A stretch of 64,000 nucleotides of DNA, taken from NCBI GenBank assembly GCA_964507275.1, contig CAZDPG010000001.1, positions 340,577-404,576 on the forward strand, given 5' to 3'. The notes under the pieces are model-generated. The model did no database searches. It worked only from the letters and a program-made list of their open reading frames with translations, and was not told the origin of the DNA. Numbering within the stretch: position 1 is the first letter of the stretch; every line of letters begins with the position of its first letter. The position numbers and the translations under genes were made by a program. The DNA is from an uncultured Candidatus Saccharibacteria bacterium. GTDB taxonomy: Bacteria; Patescibacteriota; Minisyncoccia; Phycocordibacterales; Phycocordibacteraceae. Below are positions 56,235 to 64,000 of the stretch, piece by piece.

Positions 56235-57125
56235 CTACTTCTTCTTCTCGCTCAAGAAAGCTTTTTCCAATTCCCTATCCGGATCCATTTCCCACGCCTG
56301 CTCGAGCGTAAGCTCGCCCTTTTTTCCTCCCAATTTCTTCTCAACATACAGGACGTAATCCGCGTACCGTTTAACTTCGTCCATAGTCGGATGCTGCTCA
56401 AGTGTCGTGTATTTGTCGTCACCGAGCTGCCCTTCTCCGTTTATCGTGGCAATGCCGATGCTCGCAGAAGCATTTGTCCGGTATCCTGGATATTCACCGC
56501 GCATAATGCCATTTATATCCTCTATGGCAGTGCGTATATTCCGCGCAATACTTAGCGAACTCTCCGCCGGAGCATCGACGAGAAACACGCTGAATTCGTC
56601 CCCACCCAAGCGACCAAACACGTCGGCATCACGCACGACACGTCCCACCTTCTCCGCAACGAGCTCCAGGAATCGATCGCCTGCATCATGCCCGACCGTA
56701 TCATTGATCATCTTGAAATCATCAAGATCAATAGCAAGAAGAGCACTGGGAATGAGGACTCCTTTCGAGCGCTCTCTCTTGAGAAATGTCGTGTAGCGAT
56801 TCCACTCTTCCTTGAAGCCTCGGCGATTCAGGAGCCCGGTTAGTTCGTCGGTGCGGGACTCTTTCTCGACTCTTTCTGCTTCCTGAGCGAATTCTCGCAC
56901 CCTTTCGGCATCGCCCTTGGCTTGCTCTGCGAAGGCGCGCAACTTCTTTGCGTCCTCTGGCAGTCCACGCGATTCGAGATCCCCAGCCTGTTCCAAGATG
57001 AGAAGCGAGCGCGATTCGAGATCGCGGACATGCGCTTCCATCCTCTGGTACAAAAGAGGGTCCCGCTCTGACCCGACATGGTCAAGACCGGTCTCGGCAC
57101 GATGCGGTCGTGATCTTTCAATCAT
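56235..57125 (-). CDS. Diguanylate cyclase (GGDEF) with N-terminal coiled coil
   Basis: DELTGLLNRR, DLDDFK.IND..GH..GD, RLGGDEF. Confidence 0.92.
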   Translation of the reverse strand: MIERSRPHRAETGLDHVGSERDPLLYQRMEAHVRDLESRSLLILEQAGDLESRGLPEDAKKLRAFAEQAKGDAERVREFAQEAERVEKESRTDELTGLLNRRGFKEEWNRYTTFLKRERSKGVLIPSALLAIDLDDFKMINDTVGHDAGDRFLELVAEKVGRVVRDADVFGRLGGDEFSVFLVDAPAESSLSIARNIRTAIEDINGIMRGEYPGYRTNASASIGIATINGEGQLGDDKYTTLEQHPTMDEVKRYADYVLYVEKKLGGKKGELTLEQAWEMDPDRELEKAFLSEKKK

Positions 57126-57129
57126 GCCT

Positions 57130-58029
57130 CTATTGTACTCCCGTAAGCGCCCGAATCCTATCCTCTACCGGCGGGTGCGTAGAGAACAAGTGCGCGGCCC
57201 AGTTCCCCGCGCCAGCTGCCTTTGCGCCGAACGGATCGCCAATGAAAAGGTGCGCGGTCGCGAGATGCGCGTTCCTCATAGGTGCTCCGTAGTCATTTAT
57301 CTTCCTCAAGGCAGACGCGAGACCCTCCGGATAGCGAGTGAGGAGAGCACTCGATGCATCAGCAAGATATTCGCGACGTCGCGAGACGGCAAGCTGGATG
57401 AGTTTCGCGGCGAGCGGTGCGAGCACAATGCCGACCACGGCGAGAATCATAAGGATTGCATTCCCCTGCTTGCTATCGCTGCTACGGCCACCGCCCAGAA
57501 ATGACATGCGGAGGAATATATCTGCGACGATGGCGATGAAGCCAGCGAGCACGACCGCGATTGTCATAAGAAGTATGTCGCGGTTCTTGATGTGCGACAA
57601 CTCATGACCGATAACACCCTCGAGCTCGGGGCGCGTCATCAAAGTAAGCAGTCCAGTCGTCGCGCAGACGACTGCATGTGCCTCATCCCGTCCGGTCGCA
57701 AAGGCGTTCGGCGCGGGATCGTCGATCACGTAGAGCCGAGGCTTCGGCAGTCCCGCCGTGATAGCGAGATTTTCCGTGACGGTATAGAAGTCGAAGAACT
57801 CTTCACGTGATGCTGGCCGAGCATGATTCATCGAGAGCACGAGCTTATCGCTCTCCCAGTACGCATAGAAATTCGTCGCAAAAGCGAGGAACACGGCGAT
57901 ATAGAGGATGCCTGGATTGCCGTAATACCAGGCGATCGCATACCCGACCGCAATGACAAGAACGAGGAAGCCGAGCACAAGCGCCCATGTCCGGCGGATG
58001 TTGCTCGAGCGTTGTGCGTACAGATCCAT
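57130..58029 (-). CDS. htpX: Zinc metalloprotease HtpX
   Basis: PNAFATG, HELSH, SR.REYLAD, STHPP. Confidence 0.93.
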   Translation of the reverse strand: MDLYAQRSSNIRRTWALVLGFLVLVIAVGYAIAWYYGNPGILYIAVFLAFATNFYAYWESDKLVLSMNHARPASREEFFDFYTVTENLAITAGLPKPRLYVIDDPAPNAFATGRDEAHAVVCATTGLLTLMTRPELEGVIGHELSHIKNRDILLMTIAVVLAGFIAIVADIFLRMSFLGGGRSSDSKQGNAILMILAVVGIVLAPLAAKLIQLAVSRRREYLADASSALLTRYPEGLASALRKINDYGAPMRNAHLATAHLFIGDPFGAKAAGAGNWAAHLFSTHPPVEDRIRALTGVQ

Positions 58030-58034
58030 CCCGT

Positions 58035-58598
58035 TTAGAACTGTACGTTCACCGGTTCAGCATGAGTAGCGTCAGCAAGCTCAAAAAGGTCCATTTGCAT
58101 GAATCCGAACGCTGAAGCGATGAGGTTCCCTGGAAACGATTGAATGGCAGTGTTGAGCGTCATGACGCTCGTGTTGTAGAAGCGGCGAGATGCCTGGATC
58201 TTGTCCTCGGTATCACCGAGCTCTTTCTGGAGCTGAAGGAAATTCTGATTCGCTTTGAGGTCTGGATAGGCCTCCGAGACAGCAAAGAGCGTCTTCAAAG
58301 CACCCGAAAGCTGATTCTCAGCCTGTGCCTGCTCAGCGTGAGACGCATTCCCCGCTCCCATAGCGGCCGACCGTGCCTTGGTCACATTCTCGAAAGCTGC
58401 TGATTCGTGCGCGGCATAGCCCTTCACGGTCTCAACAAGGTTCGGAATGAGATCATAACGGCGTTTGAGCTGTACGTTTATATCGGACCATGCTTCTTTT
58501 GCACGATTCGTGAGTGTAACGAGGCCATTATAAGAGACGACAACCCAGAGCACGAGCACGGCGACGATAACAAGGATGATTGTGGTGGTGGTAGGCAT
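58035..58598 (-). CDS. lemA: LemA family protein
   Basis: QLKRRYDLIPNLV, EAYPDLKA..NF, RRFYN; conserved lemA-htpX order. Confidence 0.93.
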   Translation of the reverse strand: MPTTTTIILVIVAVLVLWVVVSYNGLVTLTNRAKEAWSDINVQLKRRYDLIPNLVETVKGYAAHESAAFENVTKARSAAMGAGNASHAEQAQAENQLSGALKTLFAVSEAYPDLKANQNFLQLQKELGDTEDKIQASRRFYNTSVMTLNTAIQSFPGNLIASAFGFMQMDLFELADATHAEPVNVQF

Positions 58599-58630
58599 AT
58601 CTGAAATTATACTTCCGAGCAGGTAAAAGT

Positions 58631-59761
58631 CTATCGCACCGAACGAGCGACCGCCGCGACTACTCGCTTATCAAGGAGGTCTGGAATGATCTTCTCTGCG
58701 GTCGGCTTCGCCACAAGCTCGGCAAGCGCACGAGCTGCGCGCAACTTCGTCGCGAGAGTTATCTTCTTTACGCCCTTATCGAGAGCACCACGGAATATAC
58801 CCGGGAACACGAGCGCATTGTTTATCTGGTTCGGGAAGTCGCTTCTACCGGTCGCAATGACCTCTGCCCCAGCTCGCCAGGCTTCGTCAGGCAGTATCTC
58901 CGGATCAGGATTCGCAAGCGCGAAGACGATGCTGCCGGAAGCCATTAAAGCGACCTGTTCTGCCTTAAGAATTCCCTTGCCTGAGACACCGACAAAAGCA
59001 TCGGCGTCCTGCATCGCTTCAGCGAGGCCGCCCTTGACCTTGCGTGGGTTCGTGGATGCCGCGAGCTCAGTCTTATGCGCATTCATGACTGATCGACCAG
59101 CATAGAGCGTGCCCGCACGGTCAAGCAGGATGATGTCTTTCACGCCAGCAGCGAGGAGAAGCTTTGCGACGGCCGTCCCCGCAGCACCGGCGCCGCTCAC
59201 GACGATCCTCAGTTTCTTAAGGTCTTTCTTTACGACCTTTGCGGCATTTATCATCCCCGCGAGGACCACGATGGCGGTGCCATGCTGGTCATCATGCATC
59301 ACGGGGATATCGAGCTCGTCAATAAGGCGTTGTTCGATACTGAAGCATGCCGGCGCAGCGATATCTTCAAGATTGATACCGCCGAAGTTCGGCGCTATCG
59401 CCTTCACGATGCGCACAATCTCGTCCGGGTCCTGCGTATCGAGTACGAGCGGCCAGGCATCGACGTTTCCTTTTTCTTTGAAGATGAGCGCTTTGCCTTC
59501 CATCACCGGCAGTGCACCGTACGGGCCGATATTACCGAGTCCGAGCACAGCCGAGCCGTCGGAGACGATGGCGACACTGTTCTGTTTGATCGACATTGTC
59601 CGCGCGTCCTTCGGATGCTTCGCTAAGTGGAGCGATGCGGCACCCACGCCGGGAGTGTACCAGAGCGAGAAATCGCTCTTTTCGCGCAGCTTCACGCGTG
59701 CTTTCGTCTCTATCCGCGCCCCCTGTTTCTTATACGCCGCCAGTATCTTTTTCGTATCCAT
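58631..59761 (-). CDS. NAD(P)-dependent malic enzyme
   Basis: YTPGV, LGLGNIG, MEGK, LEDI, HDDQHGT, GAGAAG, ATGRSD.PNQ.NN. Confidence 0.93.
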   Translation of the reverse strand: MDTKKILAAYKKQGARIETKARVKLREKSDFSLWYTPGVGAASLHLAKHPKDARTMSIKQNSVAIVSDGSAVLGLGNIGPYGALPVMEGKALIFKEKGNVDAWPLVLDTQDPDEIVRIVKAIAPNFGGINLEDIAAPACFSIEQRLIDELDIPVMHDDQHGTAIVVLAGMINAAKVVKKDLKKLRIVVSGAGAAGTAVAKLLLAAGVKDIILLDRAGTLYAGRSVMNAHKTELAASTNPRKVKGGLAEAMQDADAFVGVSGKGILKAEQVALMASGSIVFALANPDPEILPDEAWRAGAEVIATGRSDFPNQINNALVFPGIFRGALDKGVKKITLATKLRAARALAELVAKPTAEKIIPDLLDKRVVAAVARSVR

Positions 59762-59786
59762 AGTAGAGGACTAGTATACTACAGCC

Positions 59787-61952
59787 ATGCATCCTGAGGA
59801 CCTTGTTGATAAGCATTTCCCGCGTTTGAAACCCGATCAGAAACGGGCGCTGCACAAGCTCGGCATACGAACCATCCACGACCTGCTCTATCACTTCCCT
59901 GCCCGTTATGAGAACGCCGGACCAACTGGCACCATCACTGGCATAACGGCCGGTGCTGAAGTGACTCTCTACGGCACAGTGAGAAAACCCGAGATACGGA
60001 AGACCTGGAAGAGCCGGAGGCCCATCGCCGAAGCGTGGCTCGAAGATAACTCGGGAAGGATCAAGATGATGTGGTTCAGCCAGCCTTATATCGCGAAGTC
60101 CCTGCACGACGGCATGCATGTGAAGGTGAGCGGACGCGTTGCTGGCGAAGGGGCGAAGATATATCTCGCGAATCCGGAGATTGGGAAGACGCCCATCGAG
60201 CCAGAAGAGGTTCATGATTCGCTCTTTGCGAAAAGCGAAGGAGCGCCCGATCAAACACTCTATCCAATCTATTCCGAGAGTAAGGGCGTCTCCTCGCTCT
60301 GGCTCACGCACGCGGTACGCAAAGTGTTTGAAGCAAAAGCACATGAGCATATCGTCGACCCCATCCCGAAAGAGATTCTCGCACGCTACAACTTGCCCTC
60401 CATCACCTCCGCACTCGTCTTCATCCATGCACCGCGCGTGATGCCGGATGCACTCGCGGCACGCAAACGCTTCGCCTTTGAAGAAGTCTTCGCGCTTCAG
60501 ATTGTGATGCAAGAGCGACGACGGGCGCATCTGCGAGAAGAAGCACTTCCGGTTGCCGTCAATCGTGCGGCACTCGATGAGTTCATTGCATCATTCCCCT
60601 TCCCGCCGACAGGAGCGCAGACGCATGCCATCGAATCCATCGTCGGTGATTTCGAAAAGACGCATCCGATGCTCCGTCTTCTCGAAGGCGACGTCGGGAG
60701 CGGCAAGACCGCCGTGGCCGCAGCGACAGCCTATCTCGTCGCGACATCGCTTCCGAAGGGCCGGATTGCCGGCACGCTCCAGGTCGCCTATCTTGTCCCG
60801 ACCGAAATTCTCGCGAAACAACATTTCTCGACCTTCGTCTCCTATTTCAAAGATCACCCTATCCCGATTGGACTCATCACTGGTTCTGAGTGTCGCAAGT
60901 TCCCCTCCCGTGTGCGGTATGAAGAATCCGCCAAGCTCTCGAAGCCAGCATTCAAGAAGATGGTAGCGAATGGCGAGATACCCATCGTCATAGGTACGCA
61001 TGCTCTTGTCGAGAAATCGCTTTCATTCAAGTATTTCGCATATGCCATCATCGACGAGCAGCACCGCTTCGGCACGATGCATCGACAAAAGCTCGCGACC
61101 AAGGGTTCGCTTGCCCCGCACCTGCTTTCTATGACCGCGACACCCATCCCGCGCACGCTCGCGCTCACGCTCTATGGCGATCTCGACCTCACACTCCTCG
61201 ATGAGATGCCGGCAGGCAGGAAGCCGATAAAGACAGAAGTCCTCGGACCCGAAAAGCGAACGGAAGCCTACAAGAGAGTGCACGAGGAGCTCGCTCGCGG
61301 CCATCAAGCGTATGTCATTTGCCCGCGTATCGATGAACCCGATCCAGCGAAGGAGCTCGCTCTCCAAGCGAAATCGGTCAAAGCCGAAGCCGCGCGACTG
61401 AAAAGAGATATCTTCCCCGAAGCGAATATTGATATTCTGCACAGCAAGATGCGTCCGACCGAGAAAGAAGCTGTCATGAAAAGGTTTGAAAAAGGTGAGA
61501 TACACATCCTTGTCGCGACGTCAGTCGTCGAAGTGGGTGTAAACGTGCCGAATGCGACCGTCATCCTCATCGAGGGCGCTGAACGCTTCGGTCTCGCTCA
61601 GCTCCACCAATTGCGCGGACGTGTCATCCGATCGACGCACCAATCCTACTGCTTCGCACTTCCTGAATCATTCGGTCCGACGACCAAAGAACGTATGAAA
61701 GCATTCGTCTCTGCGAAGAATGGTTTTGAACTCGCTGAGTATGACCTCGCGCTGCGCGGTGCAGGGGAACTTGCTGGAGGAAAACAATGGGGCGTCTCGG
61801 ACATAGCGATGGAAGCCCTGAAGAACTTGAAGCTCGTCGAGGCGGCTCGCTCGGAGGCGGCACGGCTCGTGGAAAGCGATCCTGATTTACGCGAACACCC
61901 CGCACTCAAAGCACGCGCCCACACGGCCGATACAGAGATGCACTTGGAATAA
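59787..61952 (+). CDS. recG: ATP-dependent DNA helicase RecG
   Basis: GDVGSGKT, DEQHRFG, TATPIPR, QLHQLRGRV. Confidence 0.95.
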   Translation: MHPEDLVDKHFPRLKPDQKRALHKLGIRTIHDLLYHFPARYENAGPTGTITGITAGAEVTLYGTVRKPEIRKTWKSRRPIAEAWLEDNSGRIKMMWFSQPYIAKSLHDGMHVKVSGRVAGEGAKIYLANPEIGKTPIEPEEVHDSLFAKSEGAPDQTLYPIYSESKGVSSLWLTHAVRKVFEAKAHEHIVDPIPKEILARYNLPSITSALVFIHAPRVMPDALAARKRFAFEEVFALQIVMQERRRAHLREEALPVAVNRAALDEFIASFPFPPTGAQTHAIESIVGDFEKTHPMLRLLEGDVGSGKTAVAAATAYLVATSLPKGRIAGTLQVAYLVPTEILAKQHFSTFVSYFKDHPIPIGLITGSECRKFPSRVRYEESAKLSKPAFKKMVANGEIPIVIGTHALVEKSLSFKYFAYAIIDEQHRFGTMHRQKLATKGSLAPHLLSMTATPIPRTLALTLYGDLDLTLLDEMPAGRKPIKTEVLGPEKRTEAYKRVHEELARGHQAYVICPRIDEPDPAKELALQAKSVKAEAARLKRDIFPEANIDILHSKMRPTEKEAVMKRFEKGEIHILVATSVVEVGVNVPNATVILIEGAERFGLAQLHQLRGRVIRSTHQSYCFALPESFGPTTKERMKAFVSAKNGFELAEYDLALRGAGELAGGKQWGVSDIAMEALKNLKLVEAARSEAARLVESDPDLREHPALKARAHTADTEMHLE

Positions 61953-61955
61953 AGA

Positions 61956-61979
61956 AACAATCCCCTCACGGGGATTGTT
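61956..61979. terminator. Bidirectional intrinsic terminator
   Basis: AACAATCCCC-tcac-GGGGATTGTT. Confidence 0.65.
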
Positions 61980-61993
61980 GGTGTGGCGAGTCT

Positions 61994-62422
61994 TCACTGC
62001 GCCGTGACATGTTCGCGAAGCCATTTCACTTCAGCCGGGAAGTCGATCGCGAACGTGCCGAGGAGAAACGCCGCGTCGAGGCGGGTTATCGTGACACATA
62101 CTTCCCCGCTCGACCCCCTGTCGACATGCCGGGCTAGGCCTCCACGAACGACTCCTGAGACCATGCGTTCGCGAAGGAGGTCATCGCTCAAGACCTCACG
62201 AAGCGTTTGCGGCATGTCGTCACCCACACAGCGCGCGAGGAGATCGAGGAACTCATCACGATGAGCAAGGAGTTTCCACTCTTTCTTGACGCAGAGAATC
62301 CAGAGACAGAAAAGCATCTTGCCGACACTCACTGCGCCGATAGTGGACCCTCGTTTCTTGTCGCCGCCATACTCGAGCGCTTCGTAGTCAATGCCAGGAA
62401 GAACCAGTTGTTGTCGTGACAT
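61994..62422 (-). CDS. Hypothetical protein
   Basis: GGAGG SD before ATG 62422; TTGACT-16 nt-TATCTT promoter-like sequence upstream. Confidence 0.6.
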   Translation of the reverse strand: MSRQQLVLPGIDYEALEYGGDKKRGSTIGAVSVGKMLFCLWILCVKKEWKLLAHRDEFLDLLARCVGDDMPQTLREVLSDDLLRERMVSGVVRGGLARHVDRGSSGEVCVTITRLDAAFLLGTFAIDFPAEVKWLREHVTAQ

Positions 62423-62493
62423 CGCACCCTCCAAAAAGGTTATTCAAAGAATCTGCTGAGAAGATACCATTCCTTGACGAGAAGTCAAATTTG

Positions 62494-62566
62494 TCCGCCC
62501 CCCTGGACTCGAACCAGGAACCGCAGAGGTATAAGCTCTGTGCTCTAACCATTGAGCTAGGGGCGG
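62494..62566 (-). tRNA. tRNA-Ile(TAT), anticodon UAU
   Basis: CCGCCCC/GGGGCGG acceptor stem, GCTC/GAGC D-stem, CAGAG-CTTATAC-CTCTG anticodon arm, CCTGG-TTCGAGT-CCAGG T-arm, A73. Confidence 0.88.
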
Positions 62567-62699
62567 ATGTGTCCATACTACAACGAAGCACCGAAGTTGC
62601 GAACAGGAGAGGTATTGCCACCCATCATGCTTGATGGTATTGTGCACTCTGCTTTTGTTCTGTCCAACCGTAGTTAAAACTAAGAAGGAGCATCGCATC

Positions 62700-62987
62700 A
62701 TGCTAACCAGAGAAGGTGTCAAACATGGGACGATAGTCCCTGTGCAATACAAGACTGGAGCGAGGGTGGGCCAAAGCCCCGTTGTCGCCGCGGCCGCCGT
62801 CGCCGATGGCCGAGCCGACGTACTGGACGACAAGGGAGAGATCATCGAACCGACCTTGCTGGGCATCCGGTGCGGGCGGCGAACGGTCGAAATGCTCGCG
62901 ATCAACCCGGGACCGACGTATCCGTTCCTGATTCTGCCACAGGCGCCGCGAAACGAGGCCCTCGCTGCGAAAGCGAACTCCTTCTGA
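62700..62987 (+). CDS. Hypothetical protein
   Basis: AAGGAG SD before ATG 62700; hairpin GAAACCCGGTC-cga-GACCGGGTTTT downstream. Confidence 0.55.
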   Translation: MLTREGVKHGTIVPVQYKTGARVGQSPVVAAAAVADGRADVLDDKGEIIEPTLLGIRCGRRTVEMLAINPGPTYPFLILPQAPRNEALAAKANSF

Positions 62988-63042
62988 TTTTTCCTTCACC
63001 CTACAGAAACCCGGTCCGAGACCGGGTTTTCGATTTTCATAC

Positions 63043-64000
63043 TCAGAGCTGGACTGGCGCGATAGTGTGCCCCTCTTCTTCCTTCTTCTTCGGCGTGATG
63101 CCGTTGAGCACGAGAATCTTTTCGAATTCTTCACGCTCGACCGTCTCCTTTTCGATAAGCTCTTTCGCAATAGCGTCGAGTGCACCACGGTGCCCCCTGA
63201 TGACATCCTCCGCTCGCTTCTTCGCTCCTTCGATGATATGCGACACTTCGACATCAATCTGTGCGGCGACCTGTTCTGAATACGGCTCATTCCCGAGTTG
63301 TCGTTCGCCGAAAGCAATGGGGCCGAGCTTGTCGCTCATACCGTAACGGGCGACCATGGAGCGAGCGAGTGCCGTGATGACCATGAGGTCGTTGGAGGGA
63401 CCGGTCGTCACGTCATCGAAAAGCATCTCTTCTGCGACGTAGCCGCCAAGAGTTGCTGCAATATCATCGAGGAACTGCTTTTTCGACTGCATCTTTTTAT
63501 CATCAAAAGGAAGCTTCAGTGTGTACCCTGCTGCGCGCCCACGACTGATGATGGATATCTTGTGCACCGGATCGGCATGCTCGAGCACGGAAGAGACGAG
63601 CGCATGCCCGGCCTCGTGATATGCCGTCAGCTCCTTCTCCCGCTTGGAGAGCAAATGACTCTTACGCTCAGGACCGAGCATCACCTTCTCTATGGAGCGG
63701 ATGAGGTCGTATTGAGTTATCTCTTTCCGATCCTCGCGCGCAGCGAGTATCGCTCCTTCGTTCATGAGACTGTAGAGTTCGGCTCCAGAGAATCCCGGAG
63801 TGCGCTCGGCGATGACCGAGAGCACAACATCCGGACCGAGCGGCTTCTTGCGCGCATGTGTTACGAGGATCTCTTCGCGGTCTCGACGATCTGGGAGGTC
63901 GATCGTGACGCGTCTATCAAAGCGTCCCGGGCGTAGGAGCGCGGGGTCGAGCACATCAGGGCGGTTCGTCGCCGCCATGACCACGACTTTCTCAGTCGGC
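63043..64000 (-). CDS. ftsH: ATP-dependent zinc metalloprotease FtsH (3' part; start lies outside the window)
   Basis: ATNRPDVLDPALLRPGRFDR second region of homology, HEAGH, G.SND. Confidence 0.96.
   Translation of the reverse strand, partial: PTEKVVVMAATNRPDVLDPALLRPGRFDRRVTIDLPDRRDREEILVTHARKKPLGPDVVLSVIAERTPGFSGAELYSLMNEGAILAAREDRKEITQYDLIRSIEKVMLGPERKSHLLSKREKELTAYHEAGHALVSSVLEHADPVHKISIISRGRAAGYTLKLPFDDKKMQSKKQFLDDIAATLGGYVAEEMLFDDVTTGPSNDLMVITALARSMVARYGMSDKLGPIAFGERQLGNEPYSEQVAAQIDVEVSHIIEGAKKRAEDVIRGHRGALDAIAKELIEKETVEREEFEKILVLNGITPKKKEEEGHTIAPVQL

Noticed and set aside
1-64000. CRISPR array, prophage, integrase or IS element
   Set aside because: No regularly spaced direct repeats, Cas, recombinase, transposase or phage structural motifs were seen, and no duplicated tRNA 3' ends were noticed
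1-64000. UGA recoding (genetic code 25) as in some CPR lineages
   Set aside because: TGA terminates conserved genes at expected positions (infB, rlmB, ftsH) and long ORFs are intact under code 11

Overview
About 64 kb of gene-dense, GC-rich chromosome from a reduced-genome bacterium, inferred to be Patescibacteria (CPR), Parcubacteria/Kaiserbacteria-like, using standard genetic code 11. The inference rests on the short IF-2 and ValRS, the VirB2/TrbC-like pilin array and the typical CPR hypothetical families. Most of the window is housekeeping: parB, miaA, rpmG, clpB, infB, rbfA, gyrA, rpsA, pth, lepB, rpsU, ybeY, ftsA, ftsZ, tsaD, valS, lepA, murJ, nrdJ, htpX, lemA, recG and ftsH, plus 14 tRNAs and RNase P RNA. 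No CRISPR array, integrase or transposase was seen. The most notable items are: (1) two unrelated AT-richer nuclease-like genes, each wedged between two tRNA genes; the HNH gene runs into tRNA-Leu(TAA) and uses the anticodon itself as its stop codon; (2) a rare tRNA-Ile with anticodon UAU; (3) a six-gene tandem pilin-like array plus a separate pilin fused to an M15-like peptidase domain; (4) a probable unannotated structured RNA with a possible pseudoknot downstream of gyrA; (5) many core genes look leaderless whereas orphan genes carry Shine-Dalgarno motifs; (6) several enzyme paralogs with degenerate catalytic motifs. All calls come from reading motifs by eye; no database searches were run.
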